This document shows, piece after piece, positions 1 through 7,716 of a DNA stretch of 63,572 nt. The notes beneath the pieces were generated by a model, which was not told where the DNA came from, made no database searches, and worked only from the letters and a program-made list of their open reading frames with translations. This stretch comes from Candidatus Limnocylindria bacterium (GTDB lineage Bacteria; Chloroflexota; Limnocylindria; P2-11E), in NCBI GenBank assembly GCA_036565345.1, contig DATCNH010000047.1:1-63572 (forward strand), written 5' to 3'. Within the stretch, counting starts at the first letter, position 1. Every line of letters starts with the position of its first letter. The position numbers and the translations under genes are program-made.

Positions 1-20
1 CAGAATCAAACTCTCCGACA
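1..20 (-). rRNA. rrs: 16S rRNA, extreme 5' end only (gene continues off the left edge)
   Basis: Reverse complement of nt 1-22 is TTTGTCGGAGAGTTTGATTCTG. This matches the universal 16S 5' sequence AGAGTTTGATYMTGGCTCAG, truncated by the window edge. A low-GC leader with boxA and a promoter lies upstream on the same strand. Confidence 0.55.
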
Positions 21-115
21 AAAAGAAAGACCGCCTGTTCAGGCGATCCATCAAGCTTCGAGTTCGATCAAAAAATCGACGAGTCCGCGCTGATGTGTTC
101 CTGCCACTTTTCAAC

Positions 116-126
116 TGTTAAAGATC
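116..126 (-). promoter_or_regulatory. boxA-like rRNA antitermination element in the 16S leader
   Basis: Minus strand reads GATCTTTAACA, one mismatch from the E. coli rrn boxA core GCTCTTTAACA. It lies between the promoter and the 16S 5' end. Confidence 0.4.
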
Positions 127-178
127 GTGCCCCGACCTCCCGAACGGATATGGCCTAGGGACCGCTATGCGGACGTTC

Positions 179-208
179 ACTATACCCATCCGGCGGCAGT
201 CCGGTCAA
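179..208 (-). promoter_or_regulatory. sigma70-type promoter for the rRNA operon
   Basis: Minus strand reads TTGACC (208-203), an 18-nt spacer, then TATAGT (184-179). It sits just downstream of the recR stop and ~155 nt upstream of the 16S 5' end. Confidence 0.5.
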
Positions 209-250
209 GCCGCCGCCGGGGGGCGGGGCCGCGTGTTCGGCGTCGCCCCC

Positions 251-853
251 CTACATCGCCCGCCGGCCCTCGAGGGCCCGGCTGACCGTGATCTCGTCGG
301 CATATTCGAGGTCCCCGCCCATCGGGAGGCCGCGGGCGAGGCGGGTGACCCTGACCCCTTCCGCCGAGAGCAGCTGCGCGATGTACATCGCGGTCGCCTC
401 GCCCTCGAGATTCGGATTCGTCGCCAGGATGAGCTCGGCGATACCGCCGCGCCGGACCCGGGCGTGGAGCTCGCGGATCCGGAGGTCGTCCGGCCGGACG
501 CCGTTCACCGGCGAGATCGCGCCGTGAAGCACGTGGTAGGTCCCGCGGAATTGTCCGGTCCGCTCGATCGCCAGCACGTCGAGCGGCTCCTCGACGACGC
601 AGACCGCGGCGTGATCGCGCTCGTCGCTCGCGCAGACCGCGCAGGGATCGGTCTCTGCGATGTTGAAGCAGCTGCCGCAGTATCGGAGATCGGTCTTCAC
701 CGACCGGACAGCGGCGGCGAGCGCCTCCGCATCGGCCGAGGAGGCGCGAAGGAGGTGGTACGCCAGCCGCTGCGCGGTCTTCGGCCCGACGCCCGGGAGC
801 TTAGAGAGCTCGTCGATGAGCCGGGCCAGCGGCCGGGCGAGCGCGCTCGGCAC
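251..853 (-). CDS. recR: Recombination protein RecR
   Basis: 200 aa from GTG at 853; the ORF-track ATG at 988 would overlap ybaB. HhH motif LSKLPGVGPKTAQRLAYHLL, C4 zinc finger CGSCFNIAETDPCAVC and a Toprim region are present. dnaX-ybaB-recR synteny. Confidence 0.9.
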   Translation of the reverse strand: MPSALARPLARLIDELSKLPGVGPKTAQRLAYHLLRASSADAEALAAAVRSVKTDLRYCGSCFNIAETDPCAVCASDERDHAAVCVVEEPLDVLAIERTGQFRGTYHVLHGAISPVNGVRPDDLRIRELHARVRRGGIAELILATNPNLEGEATAMYIAQLLSAEGVRVTRLARGLPMGGDLEYADEITVSRALEGRRAM

Positions 854-863
854 TAGAAGTCCA

Positions 864-1172
864 TCAGAAGCCTGGCAGCTTGAGGCCGCCGGTGACACCG
901 CCCAGGCGCTGCGCGGCGAGCTCCTTCGACTTGGCGAGCGCGTCGGACACCGCGACCTGCACGAGATCCTGGAGCGTCTCGACGTCATTCGGATCGACCG
1001 CGTCCTTGGCGATGACGATCGAGCGGCACTCCTGCGTCCCGGTCATCGTCACCGTCACCGCGCCGCCGCCCGCGGTGCCGTCGACCGTCAGCTCGGCGAG
1101 CTCGTTCTGCGCCTTCTCCATGTTCGCCTGCATCTCGCGCGCCATCCGCTGCAGGTCACCGATATTCTTCAT
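864..1172 (-). CDS. ybaB: YbaB/EbfC nucleoid-associated DNA-binding protein
   Basis: 102 aa. Typical YbaB sequence (MQANMEKAQNELAEL...VTVTMTGTQE...LQDLVQVAV) and its position between dnaX and recR. Confidence 0.9.
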   Translation of the reverse strand: MKNIGDLQRMAREMQANMEKAQNELAELTVDGTAGGGAVTVTMTGTQECRSIVIAKDAVDPNDVETLQDLVQVAVSDALAKSKELAAQRLGGVTGGLKLPGF

Positions 1173-1182
1173 GCTGCCTCCG

Positions 1183-2850
1183 TCATTCGACTTCCAGGAT
1201 GCGATCGGGTCGCCGGAACGTCTCGAGGGCCGCGCGCAGCATCGGGTCCTCGGCCGCGGGCGGCGCGGTCACCGCGGTCTGTTGCTTCACGCAGCGCACG
1301 CGCACCACGACGCCGAGGATCTCCCCCAGATCGCGTTCGAGCTCGGGACGCTGCTTATCCTGCCAGACGCTGCGTGCGAAATCGTCGCTGAATCCGACGA
1401 CGATGGTGGACCCTTCGATCGCGAGCGGCTCGGCCTTCACCAGCTGCGCGGCCTTGCCGATGCTCCGCTCCTTCGTGCGCTCGAGCAGGTCCTGCCACGC
1501 CGCTCGGATCCGCTCGAGCGAGACCGACGGGCCGGAGGCGCCCCCGGCGGGGACCGGATCGCCGGACGGACGGGCCGGTGCGCTCGCCCGACGCTCGGCG
1601 AGATCGACGACCCCGCCCGCCCGCCGCGCCGGCGCGGCGGGCGCGGGCCGGGACCCGGGCGACGACGACGCCGGTCCGGAAGAGCCTGAAGGCGCTGCCG
1701 CCGGTGTCGCGGCGCGCGTGGCAGCCGGTGCCGGCGCCAGAGCCTTCGTCGCCGGCCCGGGGGTCGCGGCGTCGGTGGTGAGGTCGAGGAGCGCGAGCTC
1801 GAGGGGCAGTGGGGTGCCCTCGGTGGTCCGGAGCTGCTGCTCGGCCTCGATGAGCCGCTTCGCGATCTTCGCCAGACGGTCCAGGCCGAACGACGGCGCC
1901 TGGGCACGGAGTTTTGCCGCGACGCTCTCGCTCGCGGTCTCGGGGACCTGCCCCGCCGCCCGCACCAATACGAGCGCCCGGACATGATCGATCGCCCGCT
2001 TCACGAAGAGGCGAAGGTCCCGGCCGTCGTCCACGAGGGTGCAGACAAGGGTGACCGCCGCCGCGGAGTCGTTCGCGATGAGCGCATCGAAGAGCACGGC
2101 AGTCTCCTCCCAATCCGAGGACCCGAGGAGCGCGTCAACGTCCGCGAGGGTCACCGCGCCGCCGGCGAACGTCTCCACCTGGTCGAAGATGCTTTCGGCG
2201 TCGCGAAGGGAGCCCTGCGCGTGCCGCGAGATCGCCTCGAGGGCAGCCGGCTCGACCTTCACCTTCTCGGCCTTCGCGATCGCCGCGAGCTGCTCGACCA
2301 TCGCCGCGTGGGTGATCCGGCGAAGGTCGAAGCGCTGGGTCCGCGACACGATCGTCGCCGGGATCTTCTGCGATTCGGTGGTGGCGAGGACGAAGATCGC
2401 GTGGGGCGGAGGCTCTTCCAGCGTCTTGAGGAGCGCGTTGAACGCCTCGTTCGTCAGCTGGTGGGCCTCGTCGATGACGTACACCTTGTACTGGCCCATC
2501 GACGGCGCGAAGCGGACCTTCTCGCGAAGATCGCGCATCTCATCGATGCCGCGATTGCTCGCCGCGTCGATCTCGATGAGGTCGAGGAACCGTCCATCGC
2601 GGATCGCGACGCAGCTATCGCAGCGGTCGCAGGGATCGCCGTCCTTCGCCTTGGGGCAGTTCACCGCTTTGGCGATGATCCGCGCGATCGATGTCTTCCC
2701 GATGCCCCGCGCGCCGGCCAGCAGGTACGCGTGCGCCACCTGCCCGCCGGCGATCGCGTTGCGCAGGGTGCGCGTCACATGATCCTGGCCGACGATCTCG
2801 GAGAAGGTCTGCGGGCGGTATCGGCGATAGAGGGCGGCACGCTCCGGCAT
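1183..2850 (-). CDS. dnaX: DNA polymerase III subunit gamma/tau
   Basis: ATG at 2850 gives MPERAALYRRYRPQTFSEIVGQDHV. Walker A GARGIGKTS, Zn module CPKAKDGDPCDRCDSC and sensor region ATIVSRTQRF are present. An Ala/Pro-rich linker precedes the C-terminal domain. The 69 codons upstream in the ORF are Arg-rich noise. Confidence 0.9.
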   Translation of the reverse strand: MPERAALYRRYRPQTFSEIVGQDHVTRTLRNAIAGGQVAHAYLLAGARGIGKTSIARIIAKAVNCPKAKDGDPCDRCDSCVAIRDGRFLDLIEIDAASNRGIDEMRDLREKVRFAPSMGQYKVYVIDEAHQLTNEAFNALLKTLEEPPPHAIFVLATTESQKIPATIVSRTQRFDLRRITHAAMVEQLAAIAKAEKVKVEPAALEAISRHAQGSLRDAESIFDQVETFAGGAVTLADVDALLGSSDWEETAVLFDALIANDSAAAVTLVCTLVDDGRDLRLFVKRAIDHVRALVLVRAAGQVPETASESVAAKLRAQAPSFGLDRLAKIAKRLIEAEQQLRTTEGTPLPLELALLDLTTDAATPGPATKALAPAPAATRAATPAAAPSGSSGPASSSPGSRPAPAAPARRAGGVVDLAERRASAPARPSGDPVPAGGASGPSVSLERIRAAWQDLLERTKERSIGKAAQLVKAEPLAIEGSTIVVGFSDDFARSVWQDKQRPELERDLGEILGVVVRVRCVKQQTAVTAPPAAEDPMLRAALETFRRPDRILEVE

Positions 2851-2854
2851 GTGG

Positions 2855-4012
2855 TCAGGATACCGTCGCCGGCTCCGCCGAGGGATACAGCAGCCAGGGC
2901 GCACGCTCCCGCGAGAATGCGGCCGCGTTCGCGCGCCAGCGAGCGATGAGCGCCGCGGGATCCGCGCCGCTCGCGAGCGTCTCGCGCACTTCCGGATCGC
3001 CGGCAAGACGGTCGAAGGACGACGGGATCCAGGAGAGCTCCGACCCGGAGAGCGCATGCGCCACGGCGATGACGCCGAGGCCGACCTCGGTGGGCCGGAG
3101 TGCCGTCCGATCGGTCAGGTGCAGCTGGATCCCGCCGCAGGCGAGGCCGGCATGCTTGGAGAACGTCGGCACGAACGTCGTCGGGCGCGCGCGGACCCCG
3201 GCCTGGCCGCGCTCGTTGAACGCGTCGGCGAATCGCGCCGGGTCGAGCCACGGTGCGCCCACCTGCTCGAATGGTCGGGTGGTCCCCCGCCCCTCGGACA
3301 GGTTCGTTCCCTCCATCAGGCAGGTCCCGGGATAGAGGGTGACGGCGTCGAGCGTGGGGAGATTCGGGCTCGGCGGGATCCAGGGCAGCCCGGTCGTGTC
3401 GTGCCACCAGGAGCGGTCCCAGCCCTCCATCCGGACGACCGCCGGCGCAGGCAGGCCGCGCGTCGCAGCGACGAGGCGGGCCAGCTCGCCAAGGGTGAGA
3501 CCGTGACGGATCGGCACGTCGTGGACGCCAACGAGCGAGCGCAGGTCCGCCCGGAGCGCTCCGCCCTCCACCCCGGCCCCAGAGAGCGGGTTCGGTCGGT
3601 CGAGGATGACGACCGCGACGCCGGCCGACGCGGCGGCCTCGATGACGCCGAGGACCGTGGCCGGGTAGGTGAAGTAGCGGACCCCGATGTCCTGGAGATC
3701 GACGACGATCGTGTCGAGCCCGGCGAGCATCGCCAGCGTGGGCACCTTGTTCGTGCCGTACAGGCTGTGGACCGGCAGGCCCGTCTGCGGATCGGTGGTG
3801 CTGCCCACCGGCACACCGGCCTGGGCGTCGCCGCGGATGCCGTGCTCCGGACTGAAGAGCGCGACGAGACGCCAGCGCGAATCCGCCCCGAGCAGGTCGA
3901 CCGCCGAGCGAAGCTCCGCATCCACGGCCGCCGGATGCGCGAGGAGGCCGATCCGCCGTCCGATGACGAGCGGATCGCCGTCGCGGAGGAGGACCGCGAG
4001 ACCGCTGTGCAT
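2855..4012 (-). CDS. DUF1343 family protein (NamZ-like exo-beta-N-acetylmuramidase family)
   Basis: Family-typical blocks IGLLAHPAAV, DLQDIGVRYFTY, LDRPNPL and LSEGRGTTRPFE. The ATG at 4012 has GGAGG 10 nt upstream; GTG at 4024 is an alternative start. Its stop lies 4 nt before the dnaX ATG. Confidence 0.8.
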   Translation of the reverse strand: MHSGLAVLLRDGDPLVIGRRIGLLAHPAAVDAELRSAVDLLGADSRWRLVALFSPEHGIRGDAQAGVPVGSTTDPQTGLPVHSLYGTNKVPTLAMLAGLDTIVVDLQDIGVRYFTYPATVLGVIEAAASAGVAVVILDRPNPLSGAGVEGGALRADLRSLVGVHDVPIRHGLTLGELARLVAATRGLPAPAVVRMEGWDRSWWHDTTGLPWIPPSPNLPTLDAVTLYPGTCLMEGTNLSEGRGTTRPFEQVGAPWLDPARFADAFNERGQAGVRARPTTFVPTFSKHAGLACGGIQLHLTDRTALRPTEVGLGVIAVAHALSGSELSWIPSSFDRLAGDPEVRETLASGADPAALIARWRANAAAFSRERAPWLLYPSAEPATVS

Positions 4013-4024
4013 ATGGCCGTGCAC

Positions 4025-4285
4025 CCTCCGTCGATCGCGGCGTCCCGAACACGCCCATGCGCCCCGGCTCGGACCAGGCTTGCCTGCGGCACGCAGTGAC
4101 GACCGCTTAGCGCTGCTTCCTTCCGGACCTGACGCGGTTCACGGGCCACTGCTGCACAGGACCCGATCGTCAACGCCGCGACGCATGGACAGGACCCGTG
4201 ACGTGCGGACCTCGGGAGGGAATTCAGCCCCGCTAAAGCGGATTGCGGGTACAGGGCACCGCTAGTTCCCCGCCTAGCACGACCA
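4025..4285 (-). ncRNA. ffs: Signal recognition particle RNA (probably the long, Alu-domain-containing form; ends approximate)
   Basis: The minus strand at 4129-4112 reads GGTCCGGAAGGAAGCAGC, the invariant SRP domain IV motif, flanked by CGCGTCAG... and ...GUGCCGCAGG as in E. coli 4.5S RNA. The 300-nt gap has no ORF. The 5' part resembles Alu-domain helices: GCTAG-loop-CTAGC, GGTGCCCTGTA and CCCGC-loop-GCGGG. CCCTCC (4220-4215) can pair with GGAGGG (4029-4024). The core 4075-4170 is secure; the outer limits are inferred. Confidence 0.7.
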
Positions 4286-4325
4286 CCGCCAGCCTAGCCC
4301 GACCGCCGCGCGGACGCATCAGCCA

Positions 4326-5000
4326 TCAGAACAGGGCGATGATCCCCTCGACGACGGCAGCGAGCCCGCTGGCGACGATCTCGGGCTGCGGACCCTCGGG
4401 ATCGAGCAGCGCGCCCGGGCGGGCGACGAACGCCGCGCGGCATCCGGCCGCGAGGGCACCGCTGATGTCCCAGCCATGGGCCGCGACGAGCATGAGCTCA
4501 CCCGGCGCCACGCCGGTGCGCTCGGCGGCCATCTGGTACGGCTCCGGGGCCGGCTTGAGACGCCGCACGGTGTCGGCGGAGAGCACTTGGGCGAACCGGC
4601 CGCGGATCTCGGCGTTCCGCAGCTGCGCCTCGGCCACCGCAGACGGCGAATTCGTGAGGGCGACGATCGTCGCTCCGGTCCGGCCGAGCGCCTCGAGCGC
4701 CGGAACGACGTCGCCATGGGCCGGTAGCTGGGTCATCTGGTCGGCGATCGCGGCCGAATCGGCATCGGCCAGCGTTACGCCGCGACGCGTGGCGATCATC
4801 CGGAGCGCGCGACGCTGGGCGGCCGTGAAGTGGATGTACTCGCCGGTGATCGTCCCGATGAACGCGAGCTGCAGCATCTGCGTGAACCAGAGCGGCCGGA
4901 CCGTCGCGTCGCCGAACATGCGCACGAAATGCGGATCGAGGGCGCGCAGGTCGAGGAGCGTCTCGTTCACGTCGAACGCGACGACCTTGGGAGCGGTCAT
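4326..5000 (-). CDS. Haloacid dehalogenase type II (HAD superfamily hydrolase)
   Basis: 224 aa. HAD motif I is AFDVNETLLDL, followed by TNSPSAV, KPAPEPY and VAAHGWDISGA (L-2-haloacid dehalogenase-like). The ATG at 5000 is the only possible start upstream of motif I. Confidence 0.8.
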   Translation of the reverse strand: MTAPKVVAFDVNETLLDLRALDPHFVRMFGDATVRPLWFTQMLQLAFIGTITGEYIHFTAAQRRALRMIATRRGVTLADADSAAIADQMTQLPAHGDVVPALEALGRTGATIVALTNSPSAVAEAQLRNAEIRGRFAQVLSADTVRRLKPAPEPYQMAAERTGVAPGELMLVAAHGWDISGALAAGCRAAFVARPGALLDPEGPQPEIVASGLAAVVEGIIALF

Positions 5001-5004
5001 CCGG

Positions 5005-5087
5005 CGGAGAGGGCGGGATTCGAACCCGCGAGGCTTTCACCTACCCGCTTTCCAGGCGAGCGCACTAGGCCACTATGCGACCTCTCC
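5005..5087 (-). tRNA. tRNA-Ser (anticodon GGA)
   Basis: Minus strand: GGAGAGG-TC-GCAT..., anticodon arm CTCGC-CTGGAAA-GCGGG, long variable arm TAGGTGAAAGCCTC, T arm GCGGG-TTCGAAT-CCCGC, then CCTCTCC-G. It is followed by CC but no A, so CCA is not fully encoded. Confidence 0.9.
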
Positions 5088-5213
5088 CGATAACCCCTGC
5101 TCACTGCGCTGCCGCTTCGCGGCTGCTTCGCTCGCGGGGGCCGGTAGGCGTCGCTCGGGCGGAGCCCTCGCGGCGCCGCCTGAGCGTAGCAACCAGATCC
5201 GGGCGGCAACGGG

Positions 5214-5296
5214 CGGAGAGGGCGGGATTCGAACCCGCGCTGCTTTCGCAGACCGCTTTTCGAGAGCGGCACCATCAACCACTCGGACACCTCTCC
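5214..5296 (-). tRNA. tRNA-Ser (anticodon CGA)
   Basis: Minus strand: GGAGAGG-TG-TCCGAGTGGTTGATGG..., anticodon arm CCGCT-CTCGAAA-AGCGG, variable arm TCTGCGAAAGCAGC. The T arm and acceptor are identical to the neighbouring tRNA-Ser. CCA is not fully encoded. Confidence 0.9.
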
Positions 5297-5306
5297 GCCG
5301 TCGATT

Positions 5307-6119
5307 CTATCCGGCAGTGGCCCCGAGCCGACCGAGGAACCGGATGAGGTGCGCGTTGAATTCGTCGGGGCGCTCGAGGCTGGGGAGGTGCGCCGCGCCC
5401 GGGATCACGACGAGCTCGGCGCCCGGTATCCGCCGCTTCAGATCGCCTGCCTGGCGAACCATGTCCGGGACGTCGTGTTCGCCGACGACAACGAGCGTGG
5501 GCGCGCTGATCTCTTCGAGCCGGTCGATGGCCGGTGGCGTTGGCCGGATCGCCCTCGCCTTGCTCCAGTCCGTGGCGCGACGGGTCACCGCGAGATCGGT
5601 CTCCCGAAGGTGGTCGCGGATCGCCCCTCCGACCGTTCCGGCAGGACGCCCGGGTCCGTCGAGCCACAGCTGCAGCTCCCGCTCCACCGCCTCATCGATG
5701 GCGCCACGCTCGACCAGGCCATCGACCTCGGCATCCACGCGCTGCAACAGGTCGGACGGCTTCGCGCCGCGGATGCCGGCGCCGACCAGGACGAGGCCCG
5801 CCAACCCGTCGGGGTGATCGAGCGCGAAGTCGATCGCGACACCGCCACCCATCGAGGAGCCGATGACGACCGCGGGGGTCATGCCGACTGCCGCCATCAG
5901 ATCCGCGACGTCGGCACTCAGCGAGAACTCGCCCGCGGGCAGATCGGACTCCCCGAACCCGCGGAGATCCAGGCTGAGGACACGATGTCGGGGGGTGAGG
6001 ACAGGGAGCTGGCCGGCCCACATCCGCCGGTCCGCGAGCGCGGAATGAATCAGCACGACGTCCGCACCCGGACCGGAGCCGACGACGTCGTAAGCGAGCT
6101 CCGCGCCGCGGATCGCCAT
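5307..6119 (-). CDS. Alpha/beta-fold hydrolase
   Basis: Start at ATG 6119 (MAIRGAELAYDVVGSG); the longer ORF would overlap the upstream gene. HSALADRRMW and the nucleophile elbow GSSMGG are present, and the C-terminal H lies in GAAHLPSLERP. Confidence 0.8.
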   Translation of the reverse strand: MAIRGAELAYDVVGSGPGADVVLIHSALADRRMWAGQLPVLTPRHRVLSLDLRGFGESDLPAGEFSLSADVADLMAAVGMTPAVVIGSSMGGGVAIDFALDHPDGLAGLVLVGAGIRGAKPSDLLQRVDAEVDGLVERGAIDEAVERELQLWLDGPGRPAGTVGGAIRDHLRETDLAVTRRATDWSKARAIRPTPPAIDRLEEISAPTLVVVGEHDVPDMVRQAGDLKRRIPGAELVVIPGAAHLPSLERPDEFNAHLIRFLGRLGATAG

Positions 6120-6124
6120 GCGGC

Positions 6125-6811
6125 TCAGACCAGATGCTCCTTCAAGAACGGGACGATCTTGCTCCAAGCGTCCTTCGCGTCGTCGGCTCGGTGGGCGTCG
6201 GCGCGTTGATCGTTCAGGAAGCCGTGGTCGGCATCGGGATAGACGTGCTTGGTGAAGGGCACGCCGGCGGCGGCGAGGTCGGCCGCGAGGGTCGGGACGG
6301 CATCGAGGACATGATGATCCTTGCCGCCGAAGATCCCGAGCACCGGGGTGCCGCGCATCGCGTTGTAGTCGGGCTTCTGGCGTGGGGGCACGCCGTAGCA
6401 GTCGACGACCGCCGCGATCTGACCGGCGGCGACGGTGCCGGTGAAGAGGGCGAGCATGCCGCCCATGCAGAACCCGATGACCCCGACTTTCTCTGAGCTG
6501 GTGGTCTCATGCGCCGAGAGGAACGCCGCGGCCCCGCGAGCGACCTTGGCCACCTCGCCGAGGTCGAGCTCCATCATGAGCTTTTTGGCCTCATCGGGCT
6601 CATCGAATCCAGCGTGTTTCCCCCGATAGAGATCCGGTGCCAGCGCGTTGAATCCCTCACCCGCGAGCCGGTGACAGACGCTCTTGATCTGATCGTTGAG
6701 GCCCCACCACTCCTGGATCACGATCATCCCTGGTCCATTCCCGGACCGCGGCCGGGCGAGGTAGCCGTCGGACCAACCGCCATTACTTGGGAATCTGACC
6801 ATCTCACCCAT
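6125..6811 (-). CDS. Dienelactone hydrolase family protein
   Basis: Start at ATG 6811 with AAGGAG upstream. GxCxG nucleophile motif GFCMGG and DLH-typical IQEWWGLN and DADHGF. Confidence 0.85.
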   Translation of the reverse strand: MGEMVRFPSNGGWSDGYLARPRSGNGPGMIVIQEWWGLNDQIKSVCHRLAGEGFNALAPDLYRGKHAGFDEPDEAKKLMMELDLGEVAKVARGAAAFLSAHETTSSEKVGVIGFCMGGMLALFTGTVAAGQIAAVVDCYGVPPRQKPDYNAMRGTPVLGIFGGKDHHVLDAVPTLAADLAAAGVPFTKHVYPDADHGFLNDQRADAHRADDAKDAWSKIVPFLKEHLV

Positions 6812-6813
6812 CG

Positions 6814-7716
6814 CTACACGCTCCTTTCCTGGACGGTGTTGCGGAGAACACCGATCCGCTCGATCTCCATCTCCATGACGTCGCCCGGTTTCAGCCATTC
6901 CGGTGGGGTGCGGCCCATCCCGACACCCGCGGGGGTCCCGGTGATGATCACGTCGCCCGCGTAGAGGGTCATCCCGGCCGACAGCTCGCGCATGATCCGC
7001 GGGATCGTGAACACCATGTGACGGGTGCTCGAGTCCTGTTTGGTCACGCCGTTCACCCGCGAGCTGATCCGGAGGGCCTGCGGATCGGGGATCTCATCTG
7101 TGGTGACGATCCAGGGTCCGAGCGGCAGATGGCTGTCGAAGTTCTTGCCCTTGAACCACTGGCGACCGTGCCATTGTTGTTGGACATCACGGACGCTCAC
7201 GTCGTTCGCGATGGTGTACCCGAAGATGTGGTCGAAGGCATCGGCCTCGGCGATGTCCCGGCCCTGGCGGCCGATGACCACGGCGAGCTCGACCTCCCAA
7301 TCCAGCTCGTCGGAGTACGGCGCCGAATGCCAGACCGGCGCGTCCGGCCCGACGATCGTGTCCGGGTTCTTCGAGAAGAGCGCCGGATGGTCGGGGATCT
7401 GCTGGAGCGCGTCGGCGCCACGCGTCTTCTTCCCCTCCTCGAAGTGCTCGGCGTAGTTCCAGCCGACACAGAAGACGTTCCGCGGCGGACGGATCGGCGC
7501 CAGCAGCTCGACCTTCGCCAGCGGCAGGCCGCCGCGGGTGGTCTTCAGCGCAGCCGCGACCTCAGGGCCGACATCACCTTCAGCAAAGCGCTCGATGACC
7601 TCACGCATGTCGCTCCCGACATCCCAGCCGAGCAGTTCACGCAGGCTCACCACGCGATCACCGGCGACGACCCCGACCGCGATGCGCAGGCCGTCCTTGA
7701 ACGTGACCAGCCTCAT
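6814..7716 (-). CDS. Fumarylacetoacetate hydrolase (FAH) family protein
   Basis: ATG at 7716 (MRLVTFKDG), in an ATGA overlap with the upstream stop. FAH-family blocks FCVGWNYAEH, ELDWEVELAVVIG and GDVIITGTPAGVG. Confidence 0.85.
   Translation of the reverse strand: MRLVTFKDGLRIAVGVVAGDRVVSLRELLGWDVGSDMREVIERFAEGDVGPEVAAALKTTRGGLPLAKVELLAPIRPPRNVFCVGWNYAEHFEEGKKTRGADALQQIPDHPALFSKNPDTIVGPDAPVWHSAPYSDELDWEVELAVVIGRQGRDIAEADAFDHIFGYTIANDVSVRDVQQQWHGRQWFKGKNFDSHLPLGPWIVTTDEIPDPQALRISSRVNGVTKQDSSTRHMVFTIPRIMRELSAGMTLYAGDVIITGTPAGVGMGRTPPEWLKPGDVMEMEIERIGVLRNTVQERSV

Noticed and set aside
167-856. 229-aa plus-strand ORF spanning the rRNA leader and recR.
   Set aside because: It is antisense to a clear recR gene and crosses the rRNA promoter/leader. 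Its composition is noise-like.
1183-2850. Programmed -1 frameshift site in dnaX (A AAA AAG type) producing a gamma subunit.
   Set aside because: I saw no A-rich heptamer (no run of T of 6 or more on the plus strand) anywhere in the gene. The linker is GC-rich Ala/Pro coding sequence.
4262-4300. Three CTAG tetramers within 40 nt (GCTAGTTCCCCGCCTAGCACGACCACCGCCAGCCTAGCCC) upstream of the SRP RNA.
   Set aside because: One pair is explained as a stem (GCUAG/CUAGC) of the putative SRP Alu domain. The rest could be chance or promoter context. There is no independent support for a separate element.
5005-5239. Identical 26-nt direct repeat (CGGAGAGGGCGGGATTCGAACCCGCG at 5005-5030 and 5214-5239), considered as attL/attR of an integrated element at a tRNA.
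   Set aside because: Both copies are the T-arm/acceptor halves of two complete tRNA-Ser genes with different anticodons (GGA and CGA). They are only 126 nt apart. No integrase or foreign-looking DNA lies between or beside them.
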